DNA of 51,923 nt from Calditrichia bacterium (GCA_050633245.1 JBOEGD010000014.1:106591-158513), one strand, 5' to 3'; shown: positions 1 through 10,841, numbered from the stretch's first letter. Numbers and translations are program-made. Notes: generated by a model not told the origin, from the letters alone.

Positions 1-21
1 GTGTTCTGTGTTCTGTGTTCT
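1..21. repeat. Heptamer tandem repeat (GTGTTCT)x3, truncated by window start
   Basis: Three exact 7-nt units at positions 1-21. Confidence 0.9.
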
Positions 22-231
22 ATCCTATACTAGCATCGACCAGAGGCGCAAGTATATTATCACAATAGTGAAATTACATTCTGCCTCAGGTCATAATATT
101 CATTATTTTTCGATTTGATTCCGTAAGCTGGCGTAGTATTATTCAATTCTGATTCAAACCGTTATTTTTGCGCAAGATAAATAGCATTCCAAAAGACAGT
201 TTCTGCAACCAAAAAAACATCGTCAAAGACA

Positions 232-1650
232 ATGAATCCCATTCATTATAACAAAATACGTCGCTATCTGTATCATGACGAAACCGTTTCCCGCGTTATG
301 CCGGGAAACCAAAAGCGTGATAAACCAACACCTCCAAAGACCTATTTTACGCTTCAGGAGTATCTTATTGGTGGATTTACGATTCTCACCATTTTTTATC
401 TTCTGTATGATCAGAGTAGCGGCGCCCGTCGTCTGCTTATGGATGAAGACAATATTTCCAATTCATTCGTATGGTTTTGGAGAAACAGTCTGTTTGGTGG
501 CGTCAATCCCAACTATCAACATTTTTGGGAAGCGACATTTATGATTATTCTGACATTCGGAATGTTCATTATTGTCGGCTTTCTTCTGTACAAGCTCGCC
601 ATTAGCATGGTGAAGCAAGTGCAAACCTATACGCTTTACGTTCAAACCGATCAACGCCTGATGATTGTCGAAAAGCTGCATGGGAAAACACCCTACAAAC
701 CAATTATGCGATTTGCCGACTACGGCCCCGGAGATATTTTCGATCCACATTTAATTGACCTCGAGGGCGTTTGGCGACACGTTATTTTTTCCGATAGGAT
801 AGAGCCCGGTGGCGCGGCGCAAAGTGACAATATGTTCGTAAAACGCATTGGTTTTTATGGAATTAGCCATGCCGCAGAGTTACACGAAGAAATAAAGTTG
901 TGGATGAAACAATCTACAACCGGTCAAGTTCAGTTGGTGCATCCGGAGCTGCGTTTTCGCATTACCCTGCCTCAATCGTGGAGTATTAAACGAACCAGTT
1001 ATCCAGAACACGGCATGGACTACACGCTGCTTGATGTTATTGCCGCGCGTATTCATCAACAAGATTATGTCCGCAGGATTCCAACTAACTCCAAACCCTG
1101 GAACACTCTGCTGCTTACCAAGCGCATGCCATTTGAGAAAGAGAAGCTCAACAACGCCATTATATATCAGACCATTTTGGTTGAGGTTTTTAGCACAGCC
1201 GACGAACGCACTCTCGTTAAAAAAGCATCCGATGTAGTAATTACAACAATCCTTCCCGACGAGCGACTGCCTAAAACACCGGCGCTTGCCGGCATTATTC
1301 AGCGCTCTGTATTGGTCTGCTCTTACGACAGCCTCTTTAGATTGAATACCGCCACACCACACAGCAAAGCCAAAGGCAAAGATCTAAAGAACGGCTGCAA
1401 AAGCATCTATCTCGAATCTGAATTTAAGTTCGGCACCCATAACTTCCATCTTTATCAAGCCTATAGCATGAAAGACGATCTACATTTTCGTTTTACGTTA
1501 CACTCACCAAGCCCTATCGATGATAAAACCGTTGAAGCGTTTAATGAAATTATGGGATCCCTGCACTTTTACAAACCAGAAGAAGATCTACCTCATCCTC
1601 ATTTTCTTCGGGAGAAGCAAAAACGACGTCTTACCTTCCGCGATAACTAG
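232..1650 (+). CDS. Hypothetical membrane protein (2 TM helices, possible bacterial PH-like domain, soluble C-terminal domain)
   Basis: 472-aa ORF; hydrophobic segments YLIGGFTILTIFYLL and FMIILTFGMFIIVGFLLY; YVQTDQRLMIV resembles the bPH-type motif. Confidence 0.6.
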   Translation: MNPIHYNKIRRYLYHDETVSRVMPGNQKRDKPTPPKTYFTLQEYLIGGFTILTIFYLLYDQSSGARRLLMDEDNISNSFVWFWRNSLFGGVNPNYQHFWEATFMIILTFGMFIIVGFLLYKLAISMVKQVQTYTLYVQTDQRLMIVEKLHGKTPYKPIMRFADYGPGDIFDPHLIDLEGVWRHVIFSDRIEPGGAAQSDNMFVKRIGFYGISHAAELHEEIKLWMKQSTTGQVQLVHPELRFRITLPQSWSIKRTSYPEHGMDYTLLDVIAARIHQQDYVRRIPTNSKPWNTLLLTKRMPFEKEKLNNAIIYQTILVEVFSTADERTLVKKASDVVITTILPDERLPKTPALAGIIQRSVLVCSYDSLFRLNTATPHSKAKGKDLKNGCKSIYLESEFKFGTHNFHLYQAYSMKDDLHFRFTLHSPSPIDDKTVEAFNEIMGSLHFYKPEEDLPHPHFLREKQKRRLTFRDN

Positions 1651-1757
1651 CGTTTATTTCTTAAATCCTTGCAAAAAAAGTGGCATACGCTTAAGATAAA
1701 TACGATTATTTTTCTGACCGTCCATGCCCCTGCGGCATCATTAATGAGGATTATGTT

Positions 1758-2978
1758 ATGAAGCGTCTTAATGCAGCTCTGATAAAAGAAATTGAAGCCC
1801 TAAAAGCAGAAGGCCGTGCGAAGTCACCGGAGCGGGTTATTACCGGCTACCAGGCCGCATCCGGCAGTAAAGGCCCGCGATATAAACTCCGGGGCTCAGA
1901 CAATGAGTTTATTCGCATGAACTCGAACAGCTACATGTCGCTTCAGGATCACCCGGAAATGATAAAAGCTGCAGATGCCGCAACTCATGCGTTTGGTGTT
2001 GGCCCCGGCGCCGTACGCTTTATTGACGGTACCTTTCACTACCATGTCGAATTGGAAGATGCTACCGCGAGTTTTGTTGGGCTTGAAGCTAGTAAGATCT
2101 TTACATCCTCTTATATGGCCAACTTGGGCTTGGCAATTACCATTACTAACAAGCAGACGTATTGGATCGGTGACGCGCTGAACCACAACAGTATTATTCG
2201 TGCCATGCGAATTGCCAACGTACCAAGTGCCAACAAAGGTATCTATAAGCACAACGACATGTCAGACTTGAAGCGCTGTTTGGACGAAGTTCCTGAGGCA
2301 ATTGAACGTGTTGTTGTTATTTTTGACGGCATTTTTAGCATGCGAGGTGACTATAGCCCGATGCAGGAGATCAATGCGGTTGTTGCGCCCTATCGCGATA
2401 AATGGCAAGACGGGCTGGTTACGGTAATGGATGACTGTCATGGAATCGCTGCTTATGGCGATACGGGACGTGGCACCTGTGAATATGCAGCTGATATGCC
2501 GGACATTATTACCGGAACCTATGGCAAAGGATTCGGAGTAAATGGTGGTTTTATTGCCGGAAGTCAGGATCTTATTAACACCGTTCGTCAAAAAGCAGAT
2601 ACCTACATTTATACCAACCCACTCAGCGTAGCCGATTGCGCCGCTTCCATAAAATCACTTCAGATTGTCGACAGCCCGGAGGGTAGTGAAAGACTTACCC
2701 ATCTGCGCGCACGCACCAAGCAATTCCGCGATGGTCTCGACAACCTTGGGCTGGAGTCTATACCCGGGCCGCATCCGGTGGTGCCGGTTTTGGTTCGTGA
2801 TACAGCAAAAACGCATAAGGCAGTGAAACATTTATTCGATAGTGGCATTCTGGTTGTCGGACTCACTTTTCCAGTTGTCCCAAAAGGAGATGAAACACTG
2901 CGCTTTCAGATTAACGCTGCACATACCGAACACGATATCAATTACGCGCTGGAAGCACTGGATGCATTTAAAGGCTGA
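1758..2978 (+). CDS. kbl: PLP-dependent alpha-oxoamine synthase, probably 2-amino-3-ketobutyrate CoA ligase (Kbl/BioF family)
   Basis: SNSYMSL, GAVRFIDGT, DALNHNSII, DGIFSMRGD, DDCHG, GTYGK (PLP lysine); GAGG RBS. Confidence 0.75.
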   Translation: MKRLNAALIKEIEALKAEGRAKSPERVITGYQAASGSKGPRYKLRGSDNEFIRMNSNSYMSLQDHPEMIKAADAATHAFGVGPGAVRFIDGTFHYHVELEDATASFVGLEASKIFTSSYMANLGLAITITNKQTYWIGDALNHNSIIRAMRIANVPSANKGIYKHNDMSDLKRCLDEVPEAIERVVVIFDGIFSMRGDYSPMQEINAVVAPYRDKWQDGLVTVMDDCHGIAAYGDTGRGTCEYAADMPDIITGTYGKGFGVNGGFIAGSQDLINTVRQKADTYIYTNPLSVADCAASIKSLQIVDSPEGSERLTHLRARTKQFRDGLDNLGLESIPGPHPVVPVLVRDTAKTHKAVKHLFDSGILVVGLTFPVVPKGDETLRFQINAAHTEHDINYALEALDAFKG

Positions 2979-3029
2979 AACACGACATCGGCGATATCTA
3001 CAGTATATTAACTAGTTGAGGGGAAGATT

Positions 3030-4535
3030 GTGCAGTATCTCTTGGAACTCGCATCTGTTCTGTCTAAACAACGTGATTATCAGGAAATGCTACGGCTGGT
3101 TGCCGCGAAGGCTGCAACGCTGCTTCAATCGGATTATTCTGCCATCGTTATGCTAAACCCCGAGACCGGAAACACCGCGAAAACCGTTTTTCGCGGTGAT
3201 CAACAGACCGGGAATCGCATAAGCCTGCTACAAACAAATATTATCGGTTGGTCGCTAAAAGCAGATAAATCCTTTGTCAGCGATGATATTGCGGCAGATG
3301 CTCGATTTACCAAGGATCTATTTGCTGACACTCCGGTTAAGTCTGCTCTTGCTGCGCCGCTGGTCGTATCCGATCGCCCGATCGGATTTTTAGTTCAAAT
3401 CCGATTATCGTCTTCAGAGGCCTACTCAGAAGATGATCTTTTGCTACTCGAGAACCTCTGCCTACTCGCCTCACCGCACCTGGGTAATATGCAACGTGTT
3501 CAGGATTTTTTTGAGAAACACCTGCCGCAAGCAGCATTGATTTCCACTTATGAAGCACATGGCTTGCTTGGAAAAAGTCCGGCATTCATTGAATTCCTGA
3601 GAGCTTTGGATGCAGCATCAACCTGTGATGTTCGCGTACTGTTAGAAGGTGCCAGCGGAACAGGAAAGGAACTAACAGCAAAGGCCATTCATGCACAAAG
3701 CCAACGCAAAGCAAATCCATTCGTAGCCATTGACTGTGGAGCAATTCCGGACAACCTTATCGAAAGTGAACTGTTCGGGCATGAAAAAGGAGCCTTTACA
3801 GGCGCCAATCAATCGCGAAAGGGGCTCTTTGCTGAAGCAAATAATGGCACGCTATTTATGGACGAGGTGAACAATTTAAGCTATGAAGTTCAATCGAAAC
3901 TTTTGCGGGCACTGCAAGAAAACGAGATTCGCCCTATCGGCTCAAACAGAACGCAAAAGGTAAATGTTCGGATTATTGCCGCTTCCAGCATCCCCCTACA
4001 TTCACTGGTAGAAAAAGGCACTTTTCGTGAAGATTTATTTTATCGACTACATGTGTATCCCATCTCACTTCCGTCATTAGAGGCACGCCGGGAAGATATT
4101 CCGTTGCTGGCAACATCATTTTTGAAACGCTTCTGTAAGGAACAGAATAAAAAAGTAACGAGTTTCAATCAACCGATCCTTACTTATTTACAAGAGCGGG
4201 AGTGGCAGGGCAATATCCGTGAATTAGAAAACATTGTCGAAAGACTGGTTGCGTTAACCAAGCCCGATTCTCAAACAATCTTTGAAAAAATACTTCCCGC
4301 AGATTTGCGTACGGAGTTCGAAAGACTCAGCCCGCTAAAGCGACGCCATTCACTTCAGGACGTGCTTTCAAAAACTGAAGAACAACTCATTCGCGATTCC
4401 CTCGCTGCAAACAACTGGAACCAGTCTGCTGCCGCCAGAGAATTACAAATTGCCGAACGGACTATTCGCTACAAGATGGAAAAGCTCGGCATCACTCAGC
4501 CCACGTCCGACCAAGAGCCCTCCGGCAACAATTAA
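3030..4535 (+). CDS. Sigma-54-dependent enhancer-binding protein (GAF-AAA+-Fis HTH)
   Basis: Walker A GASGTGKE, ESELFGHEKGAFTGA, Walker B LFMDEV, FREDLFYRL, C-terminal NQSAAARELQI HTH. Confidence 0.95.
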   Translation: MQYLLELASVLSKQRDYQEMLRLVAAKAATLLQSDYSAIVMLNPETGNTAKTVFRGDQQTGNRISLLQTNIIGWSLKADKSFVSDDIAADARFTKDLFADTPVKSALAAPLVVSDRPIGFLVQIRLSSSEAYSEDDLLLLENLCLLASPHLGNMQRVQDFFEKHLPQAALISTYEAHGLLGKSPAFIEFLRALDAASTCDVRVLLEGASGTGKELTAKAIHAQSQRKANPFVAIDCGAIPDNLIESELFGHEKGAFTGANQSRKGLFAEANNGTLFMDEVNNLSYEVQSKLLRALQENEIRPIGSNRTQKVNVRIIAASSIPLHSLVEKGTFREDLFYRLHVYPISLPSLEARREDIPLLATSFLKRFCKEQNKKVTSFNQPILTYLQEREWQGNIRELENIVERLVALTKPDSQTIFEKILPADLRTEFERLSPLKRRHSLQDVLSKTEEQLIRDSLAANNWNQSAAARELQIAERTIRYKMEKLGITQPTSDQEPSGNN

Positions 4536-4680
4536 CGAGCCTAAACTCAATAAAAACAACAAACCTTCTTCGTATACGTCAATATTGACGCGAAATTGCA
4601 GTAACTGCCCCCAAACAACTTGCCAGCACAAAAACACTAAAATCAGTATTAACAAGATCTTAAGACCCCATAAGAATAAT

Positions 4681-4696
4681 TGGTACAGCATTTGAA
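4681..4696 (+). promoter_or_regulatory. Putative sigma-54 (-24/-12) promoter
   Basis: TGGTACAGCATTTGAA (GG-N10-GA) between the activator gene and the cytochrome gene. Confidence 0.55.
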
Positions 4697-4742
4697 GGAC
4701 ATCCCCGTCAAAAGACTCTAAACGAAATCAGGGGATATGTAA

Positions 4743-5642
4743 ATGCTTGCTAAACTATTGAAATGGACTGGGATAATAATAAGTGGTCTTTTAATACTGC
4801 TGCTGTTTGTGGGAGGCGGGCTCTACCTGCTTGGAGGCGGGAAGCTCAATAAAACCTGGCACGTTCAACCGGCAAAACTGGACATTTTGACAGACTCTTC
4901 CAGCATTGCAAGTGGAAGACATCTTGTTGGCAGTCGCATGTGCATGGAGTGCCATGGGGACAATCTGGGGGGCAAAGAGTTTATCCCCGGCGGTCCGATG
5001 GGCGTATTGCCTGCATCGAATCTGACATCTGGAAAAGGCGGCATTGCCCCACTCACAGATGAACAATGGATTCGCGCTATTCGGCACGGTGTAGGTAAAG
5101 ATAATCGTGGTCTGGTTATTATGCCCAGCGAGATATTTTTCCACTTAAGCGATTCCGAACTGGCAAATATGGTCGCCTATCTGAAGCAGCTTCCCCCAAT
5201 AGATAACGAATTGCAGCCTCGTGCCCCAGGTCCATTAATGCGAATTCTGGCAAACTTTGGCAAGATAATGTCCGTAGAAAATATCCCCCATGAATCCAAG
5301 CTGTCTACACGCTCCGACGAATTGGTTGCCGAGAATTACGGCGCGCATCTGGCCAAGCTCTGCGTTGCCTGCCATGGCAAAGACTTCTCGGGTGGTCTTG
5401 TTGTTGGCGAGCCGGGTACTCCGCCCTCCAGAAACATAACGACCGACCCGAAGTTCGGCATCGGGGACTGGAGCAAGCAGGATTTCTTAACAGCACTGCG
5501 CAAAGGAAGGCGGCCAGATGGAGAGAAACTGTCTGAAGCCATGCCGCAATCTATCGGCTTAATGTCAAATGAAGAACTGGATGCACTGTGGGATTTTCTA
5601 CAAACGGTTGCCCCGGTTGGTGGAGAGTTCGCAAAGAACTAA
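4743..5642 (+). CDS. Membrane-anchored di-heme c-type cytochrome
   Basis: N-terminal TM helix; two CxxCH motifs (CMECH, CVACH), each followed by NLT/NIT and MP ligand motifs. Confidence 0.9.
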   Translation: MLAKLLKWTGIIISGLLILLLFVGGGLYLLGGGKLNKTWHVQPAKLDILTDSSSIASGRHLVGSRMCMECHGDNLGGKEFIPGGPMGVLPASNLTSGKGGIAPLTDEQWIRAIRHGVGKDNRGLVIMPSEIFFHLSDSELANMVAYLKQLPPIDNELQPRAPGPLMRILANFGKIMSVENIPHESKLSTRSDELVAENYGAHLAKLCVACHGKDFSGGLVVGEPGTPPSRNITTDPKFGIGDWSKQDFLTALRKGRRPDGEKLSEAMPQSIGLMSNEELDALWDFLQTVAPVGGEFAKN

Positions 5643-5763
5643 TCGGCAGTCGGCACTTGCATGAACTCAGAACACAGTACTGTAACGTGAGTCTTGATCC
5701 ATGCAGACGCACACATATTACTTGGCAGAAATCAGAACGTTAAACCTAAAAAGAGGAAGAATC

Positions 5764-6249
5764 ATGAAACAACTAATCTCAATCGCAATTATTATGATGC
5801 TTGGTGGAACAATGATAACGGCAGGAGAAAAAGACGATCAGGCAATCCAAAAAGTGGTAGACAGCATGGAAGATGGATGGAATAATAAAAATGGTGAACA
5901 ATTTGCTTCGGGGTTTGCAACGCAACATGACTATATCATTATCAATGGAATACGTAAGCTAGACCTGACACCAGCCAAGAACGCTGCCCAGCACCAATAT
6001 ATTTTCGACACCATCTATCGCGATACTGAGATGGAATATAAGCTGGTCACATTGCGCTATCTAACCAATCAAATTGTCATTGCGCACATAGATGCATTTC
6101 TATACGAGCAAGGTAAAAGAGAGAACGCCCACAAGGCTACTATCTCACTGGTATTTCAAAAATCAGGCGATGAATGGAAGATAGTTTCCTTTCAAAACAC
6201 ACGGCTTCAAGCACCAAAAGACAATCGACAAATTTCAAGTGACCATTAA
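5764..6249 (+). CDS. Secreted NTF2-like protein (SgcJ/EcaC, DUF4440-like)
   Basis: Signal peptide; WNNKNGEQFASGF; C-terminal WKIVSFQNT; GAGGA RBS before ATG 5764. Confidence 0.75.
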   Translation: MKQLISIAIIMMLGGTMITAGEKDDQAIQKVVDSMEDGWNNKNGEQFASGFATQHDYIIINGIRKLDLTPAKNAAQHQYIFDTIYRDTEMEYKLVTLRYLTNQIVIAHIDAFLYEQGKRENAHKATISLVFQKSGDEWKIVSFQNTRLQAPKDNRQISSDH

Positions 6250-6353
6250 ACTGAGAGACAATTAGTCTAAAAATGGCATGGCTCTAAAAATATCTCAACC
6301 CATAATTGGTGTCATTTCTCATTAGTCAATAGTCAATAAGAAATGGTCAATGC

Positions 6354-6755
6354 TTAATGGTATTCAATTGCCCAACAGCGATCCATCACCACATCAACAT
6401 CGTTTTCCAGAGCTTTCTGAGCTGCAGCTTCATCGATAACGCCAAGCTGTAGCCAAACGGCCTTCACGCCCTTTTCGATTGCCTCGTCTACAATGCCAGC
6501 AACATATTTGGACTGGCGAAATACGTCAACCAAATCAATCTCACCGGGCACCGCTGAAAGGCTTGGGTAGCATTTTTTCCCGAGGATCTCATCATGCCCC
6601 GGATTAACAGGAACCACTTCATAGCCTTCACGAATCATCATCTTGGCTACGCCATGGCTCGGGCGCATCGGATTTGGTGACAGACCAATAACCGCAATGC
6701 GCTTGTGGTTTTTGATTATCTCGGAAATGTTCGAGTTTAGAGTTTTCATTTTCAC
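6354..6755 (-). CDS. CoA-binding protein (YccU-like)
   Basis: IAVIGLSPNPMRPS, PVNP, DLVDVFR, VWLQLG, VMDRC. Confidence 0.92.
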   Translation of the reverse strand: MKMKTLNSNISEIIKNHKRIAVIGLSPNPMRPSHGVAKMMIREGYEVVPVNPGHDEILGKKCYPSLSAVPGEIDLVDVFRQSKYVAGIVDEAIEKGVKAVWLQLGVIDEAAAQKALENDVDVVMDRCWAIEYH

Positions 6756-7126
6756 GCCACATCTTTTTTTCTAGGATTCAAAAAGTCTACAGTTGGAACT
6801 GATGTTTAGATGCAATGAAAGCCGGAGTGTTACAAGGGCCTCACAAGTAGTAAAGAGTCGCTGCTCAATCGACTCAGCAAGCTGCCGAATGCCTTTAAAG
6901 AAGCGATTACCTTGAGCTTGCATGAACAAGTCATTAGAAACTCAGGGCAAGTCAAGTGCCATCCCTGAGAAAATCAGCCCACTGGATATCATGAATTATT
7001 ATGATGCGGTAAAAAAAGTTGGCCGATCGGTAGCAGCCGCAGGCGGGAGAAGGTGGAGATCAAACATATGGGACTTATAATTAGTGCTACTTAATCATCA
7101 AAAAAATGGAGATGATGTCAAGGGGC

Positions 7127-8308
7127 TTAAGCCTCAACCAGCGGTAAGTCAACTATTTTAATCGGTTCATTTACCCCTCTCAGTTTATCCCAATTTTCAA
7201 TTGCTGCGATATTTGCATCTTTTAATATCGTTCCTGCGGGGAAAAGAATAATACCGTCTTTTGTAATTACCGGACTAAACAATTTATGACCTTCTCGTAG
7301 CTGCCTGATATTTAGACTAAAATAATTATCGTCTTTACTGATTAAATACGTGTATACCCTTAGGAAGTAGAGCTGTGATTTTTCGAGAAGCACGGGATCA
7401 TATAAGCCCTCCCGGGAATTCATAATTTCAATAATTTGTGGGATATCAATCCCTTGAGATTCCAATATACCTTTGTCAAGCAGAATTTTCAAGAGATGGG
7501 TCTCACTCGGCACACCAAGCTCATCTTTAAGAGTATTCGGGATATCAGCCTTGTCAAATCGGGAATCCTGATACAAAACTATTCTGGCAATCTGTTCCAA
7601 TCGCGGAACATCTTTTAAAAGTTGATAACCCAATTTTGGAACGCTGTTCCACATTCTTTTCTCAGATTCGTTAAGATTATCCCGTCTTTTCATTTTCTGT
7701 CGTATGTCATTTGAAATTGCTATTTCACCTATTCGTGAAAGCAGTGCAGCAATCTTAATCATCGGGGCATTAGGGATATTAAAAAATTTACAAATATTAG
7801 CAGCTTCTACTTTTCTTTCTATTGCAGCTTCCGCAAGTTGTGGGTCAAACATTTTCATTAAGTTCAGCATGAGCTGGACACTGCTATCCAATGTTTTCGC
7901 TACCAGTTCTTGCCTGTCCGTTAGGAAACAATAATAGTCAAAAGCTTCTTCGATTGTTTCAATCAAAAGCTCCGGTGGACAGGGTTTGGTTAAAAATCTG
8001 AAAATCTGGCCCTCATTAATTGCCTGAATAGCATCTTTCATATCCGCTTGCCCAGTGAGCAGGACTCTTTGCGTATCCGGTTTATTATTGCGCGCCCAGC
8101 TCAGCAGCTCAGCCCCGTTCAATTCCGGCATTCTCATATCGCTGACGATAATATTAAAGTCCCCACTTTTCAATAGTTCAATTGCCTCAGTAGGGCTCTC
8201 AATAAATACCGTTTTCCAACCGGATCGACGAAGATTTAATATTCGCCTAAGTCCTTTTAGTACCGACGCTTCATCATCGACAAAGAGTATATTCGGAGAA
8301 GCTGTCAT
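7127..8308 (-). CDS. Response regulator with degenerate HD-GYP-like output domain
   Basis: Receiver motifs ILFVDDE, SDMRMP, LLTG, FLTKP; HD region reads ALLSRIG. Confidence 0.85.
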   Translation of the reverse strand: MTASPNILFVDDEASVLKGLRRILNLRRSGWKTVFIESPTEAIELLKSGDFNIIVSDMRMPELNGAELLSWARNNKPDTQRVLLTGQADMKDAIQAINEGQIFRFLTKPCPPELLIETIEEAFDYYCFLTDRQELVAKTLDSSVQLMLNLMKMFDPQLAEAAIERKVEAANICKFFNIPNAPMIKIAALLSRIGEIAISNDIRQKMKRRDNLNESEKRMWNSVPKLGYQLLKDVPRLEQIARIVLYQDSRFDKADIPNTLKDELGVPSETHLLKILLDKGILESQGIDIPQIIEIMNSREGLYDPVLLEKSQLYFLRVYTYLISKDDNYFSLNIRQLREGHKLFSPVITKDGIILFPAGTILKDANIAAIENWDKLRGVNEPIKIVDLPLVEA

Positions 8309-8378
8309 TTCCAGTTGCCTCGTTTTATATTACTCTTGCGTTTCTTCATAACCCAGCTCACATTCTGTATTAACTGTT

Positions 8379-10754
8379 TTATACCTCATCTACCAAAAAC
8401 GGAAGCTTTATCGTAAATAATGCCCCGTGCCCAACCTCCGACTCGACAGAAATACTGCCACCGTGTTTTTCAACGATAACGCTGAAAGAGAGAGCTAATC
8501 CCTGCCCCGTTCCTTTTCCAATTCCTTTTGTTGTAAAGAAAGGGTTAAATATCTGGTTTTGTATCGCTTCCGGTATTCCCACTCCGGTATCCCGGAAGTC
8601 AATTCTTACATATTCGGAAGTATAGCTGGTAGAAATAGTAATTTTACCTCTTAAATCCGTATCTTTTTCTGCCAATTCCCGAATGGCATGAGATCCGTTG
8701 ACAATTATGTTTAAAAAAACCTGATTTAGTTCCCCTGGAAAACACTTGATCGCCGGTAAGTCCTCATCAAAATTCACAATAATATCTGCAATGTATTTCC
8801 ACTCATTACGTGAAACAACAATGGCCTTTTCAAGTGCTTCGTTTATATTGGTTAAAGATTTAGTAGCGGAACCGGGGTGAGAAAATCCCCTTACGGCTTC
8901 AACGATTTTCGATACCTGACTTATCCCATCTAATGACGCTTCTATTGCTTCTGGAATTTCATTTAAAAGAATGCTCATCTGGCTTGGATTCTGGAAATTT
9001 GCTTCAAAGTGAACATTATCATCCTCCGGATGGCCTTCACTGTTTGCATGTATATACTGTATTTGCAAGATCTCCTTAGCGAGTATCTCAAATGCATCGG
9101 TTAAGAAATGGATGTTATCTCCAATATATTGAATCGGCGTATTAATTTCATGAGCGAGTCCCGCCGCAAGTTGACCTACAGACTGCAACCTCTGGGACTG
9201 AGCCAACTGCAATTCCAATTGACGGTGTTCGGTAATGTCTTCCGCTAACATTAGAAAACCCGAAAACTCGGTCCGATTCGTTAAAATAGGATTTACCGTA
9301 ACGCTCAGCAATCTTTCTTCGCCGTTACGGTTCGTAAACTTCAGATCATCCCATTTGGCTAAGCAATTCGATTCATGTGTCATGCTAATGTACCTGAGCA
9401 CATCCACCCAATTCCAATCAATTGGTGCTCCGGTAATCGGCTTACCCAAGACTTCACCGGCTTGAATTCCAAATACTTGTTCCGCAGCAGGATTCCAACG
9501 GGTTATTACATCATTTTCATTAATTCCGATAAGAACCAAAGTTATTGAAGACAGGAACCTTTCCGTTTCCTCACTGGATCGGGCCAGTTTTTCAGTATAA
9601 TCCTCAAGTCTCTTTGTCGCTTCTTTTCGCTTGATCATCTCAGTCTGAAGCGCTTTCGTTTGTTTCTGAAGAGTAAGATTTATTTTATTGGAGAATTCAA
9701 CAGCCTTATCTTTTTTTCTTGAAATTTGCACAAAGATCAATATGAGAAGCATATCGATAAAAACTCCGCTAACCAATATTAACCATGGTTGATTACTAGC
9801 CGTTGCTTTTCGAAACGATTTGGTGCTCCTTATCTCGAACAACAATTTTCTGCCGTACAGGTCAACAAGAAACATTTTCTTCAACAACGGCTTTTCGTCA
9901 TAGTCATCTTCCGTAGCAAGATGTTCATCATAAAGCGTCGTTCCATTATCGCTAATTCTAATAGCAACCTGTCGTTTGCTCTTTGCCAGAAACCCGGCCA
10001 TTAATTTTTTTACAACAAATGGGGCATATACCAATCCTAAAAACTGACTTCGTCGTTCTTCAACTGTCTCGGGGATTTCCCTCCGGTAAAATGGGACAAA
10101 AAGTAAAAAACCAGGCGTCTGCTCTTTATCCTGAACAAGAACAATCGGCCCTGTAACTTGGGTACTGCCTGAATCGCGCGCTTTTTTTGCCGCAGAATAT
10201 CGGCTTTCCTCAAAAGCTATATCCAGACCCACGGCCTTTAGGTTTATAGGCTCGGGTTCAATATAAGTAATCGGCCAATATTCATTTTTGTCATGAGGAG
10301 GATGTACTGTAAAGTTGGGACGATCAAGGCGTTGTTTTGTGAGAAAATCTGAAAGCTGCTCAGGTTCGATATGATAAATAACGCCAATTCCATTTATACC
10401 GGGATACTTCTCGTCAATTCGAAAGCTATTTGCGAATGCATGCCACTTTTTATAAGAGATTTTTCCATTATAAAGTCGGATCGTTGAAACGCTACTCCAC
10501 AATTTATCTTCATACTTTTTTAATCGCTCGGTGACGAGCTCAATCGCCTGATCTGCTTGTCGCTTAAAACGCATTTGAGTTCGATCGTTCACCTGCTCTT
10601 TCGAGAAATACCAGGCCGTTACTGTAAGCATCAAAGCAAGAGCCAGAACTCCCCAGTGTATTATAGAGAAGACCACAGCTTGTGCGCCTGAGCTATTTGA
10701 ATGTTCAGTGTCGGGAATTGAAATGCTTTGATTATTTGTCTTTTCCAAAGTCAT
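8379..10754 (-). CDS. CHASE-domain/PAS sensor histidine kinase
   Basis: Two TM helices flanking CHASE (YPGINGIG, ITYIEP, AVGLDI, TGPIVLVQD); PAS (WNPAAE); H-box AHEINTP; G-boxes DTGVGI, FFTTKGIGKGTGQGL. Confidence 0.93.
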   Translation of the reverse strand: MTLEKTNNQSISIPDTEHSNSSGAQAVVFSIIHWGVLALALMLTVTAWYFSKEQVNDRTQMRFKRQADQAIELVTERLKKYEDKLWSSVSTIRLYNGKISYKKWHAFANSFRIDEKYPGINGIGVIYHIEPEQLSDFLTKQRLDRPNFTVHPPHDKNEYWPITYIEPEPINLKAVGLDIAFEESRYSAAKKARDSGSTQVTGPIVLVQDKEQTPGFLLFVPFYRREIPETVEERRSQFLGLVYAPFVVKKLMAGFLAKSKRQVAIRISDNGTTLYDEHLATEDDYDEKPLLKKMFLVDLYGRKLLFEIRSTKSFRKATASNQPWLILVSGVFIDMLLILIFVQISRKKDKAVEFSNKINLTLQKQTKALQTEMIKRKEATKRLEDYTEKLARSSEETERFLSSITLVLIGINENDVITRWNPAAEQVFGIQAGEVLGKPITGAPIDWNWVDVLRYISMTHESNCLAKWDDLKFTNRNGEERLLSVTVNPILTNRTEFSGFLMLAEDITEHRQLELQLAQSQRLQSVGQLAAGLAHEINTPIQYIGDNIHFLTDAFEILAKEILQIQYIHANSEGHPEDDNVHFEANFQNPSQMSILLNEIPEAIEASLDGISQVSKIVEAVRGFSHPGSATKSLTNINEALEKAIVVSRNEWKYIADIIVNFDEDLPAIKCFPGELNQVFLNIIVNGSHAIRELAEKDTDLRGKITISTSYTSEYVRIDFRDTGVGIPEAIQNQIFNPFFTTKGIGKGTGQGLALSFSVIVEKHGGSISVESEVGHGALFTIKLPFLVDEV

Positions 10755-10813
10755 ATGGTATTGCCTATGTTGCCTTATAGTGCGACAGAAACCGGTTAGG
10801 TCGACTACTTATA

Positions 10814-10841
10814 ATATCGGAAATCTTCCGCTGCAACATGA
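10814..10841 (-). promoter_or_regulatory. Possible sigma-28 (FliA)-type promoter
   Basis: Minus strand TCAT-N16-TCCGATAT upstream of the CHASE kinase. Confidence 0.35.

Noticed and set aside
6781-7080. Possible selenoprotein (in-frame TGA, P-*-A-C) or ECF sigma remnant (LSKLPNAFKEAITL)
   Set aside because: No recognisable family, RBS or SECIS; similarity too short to support a call
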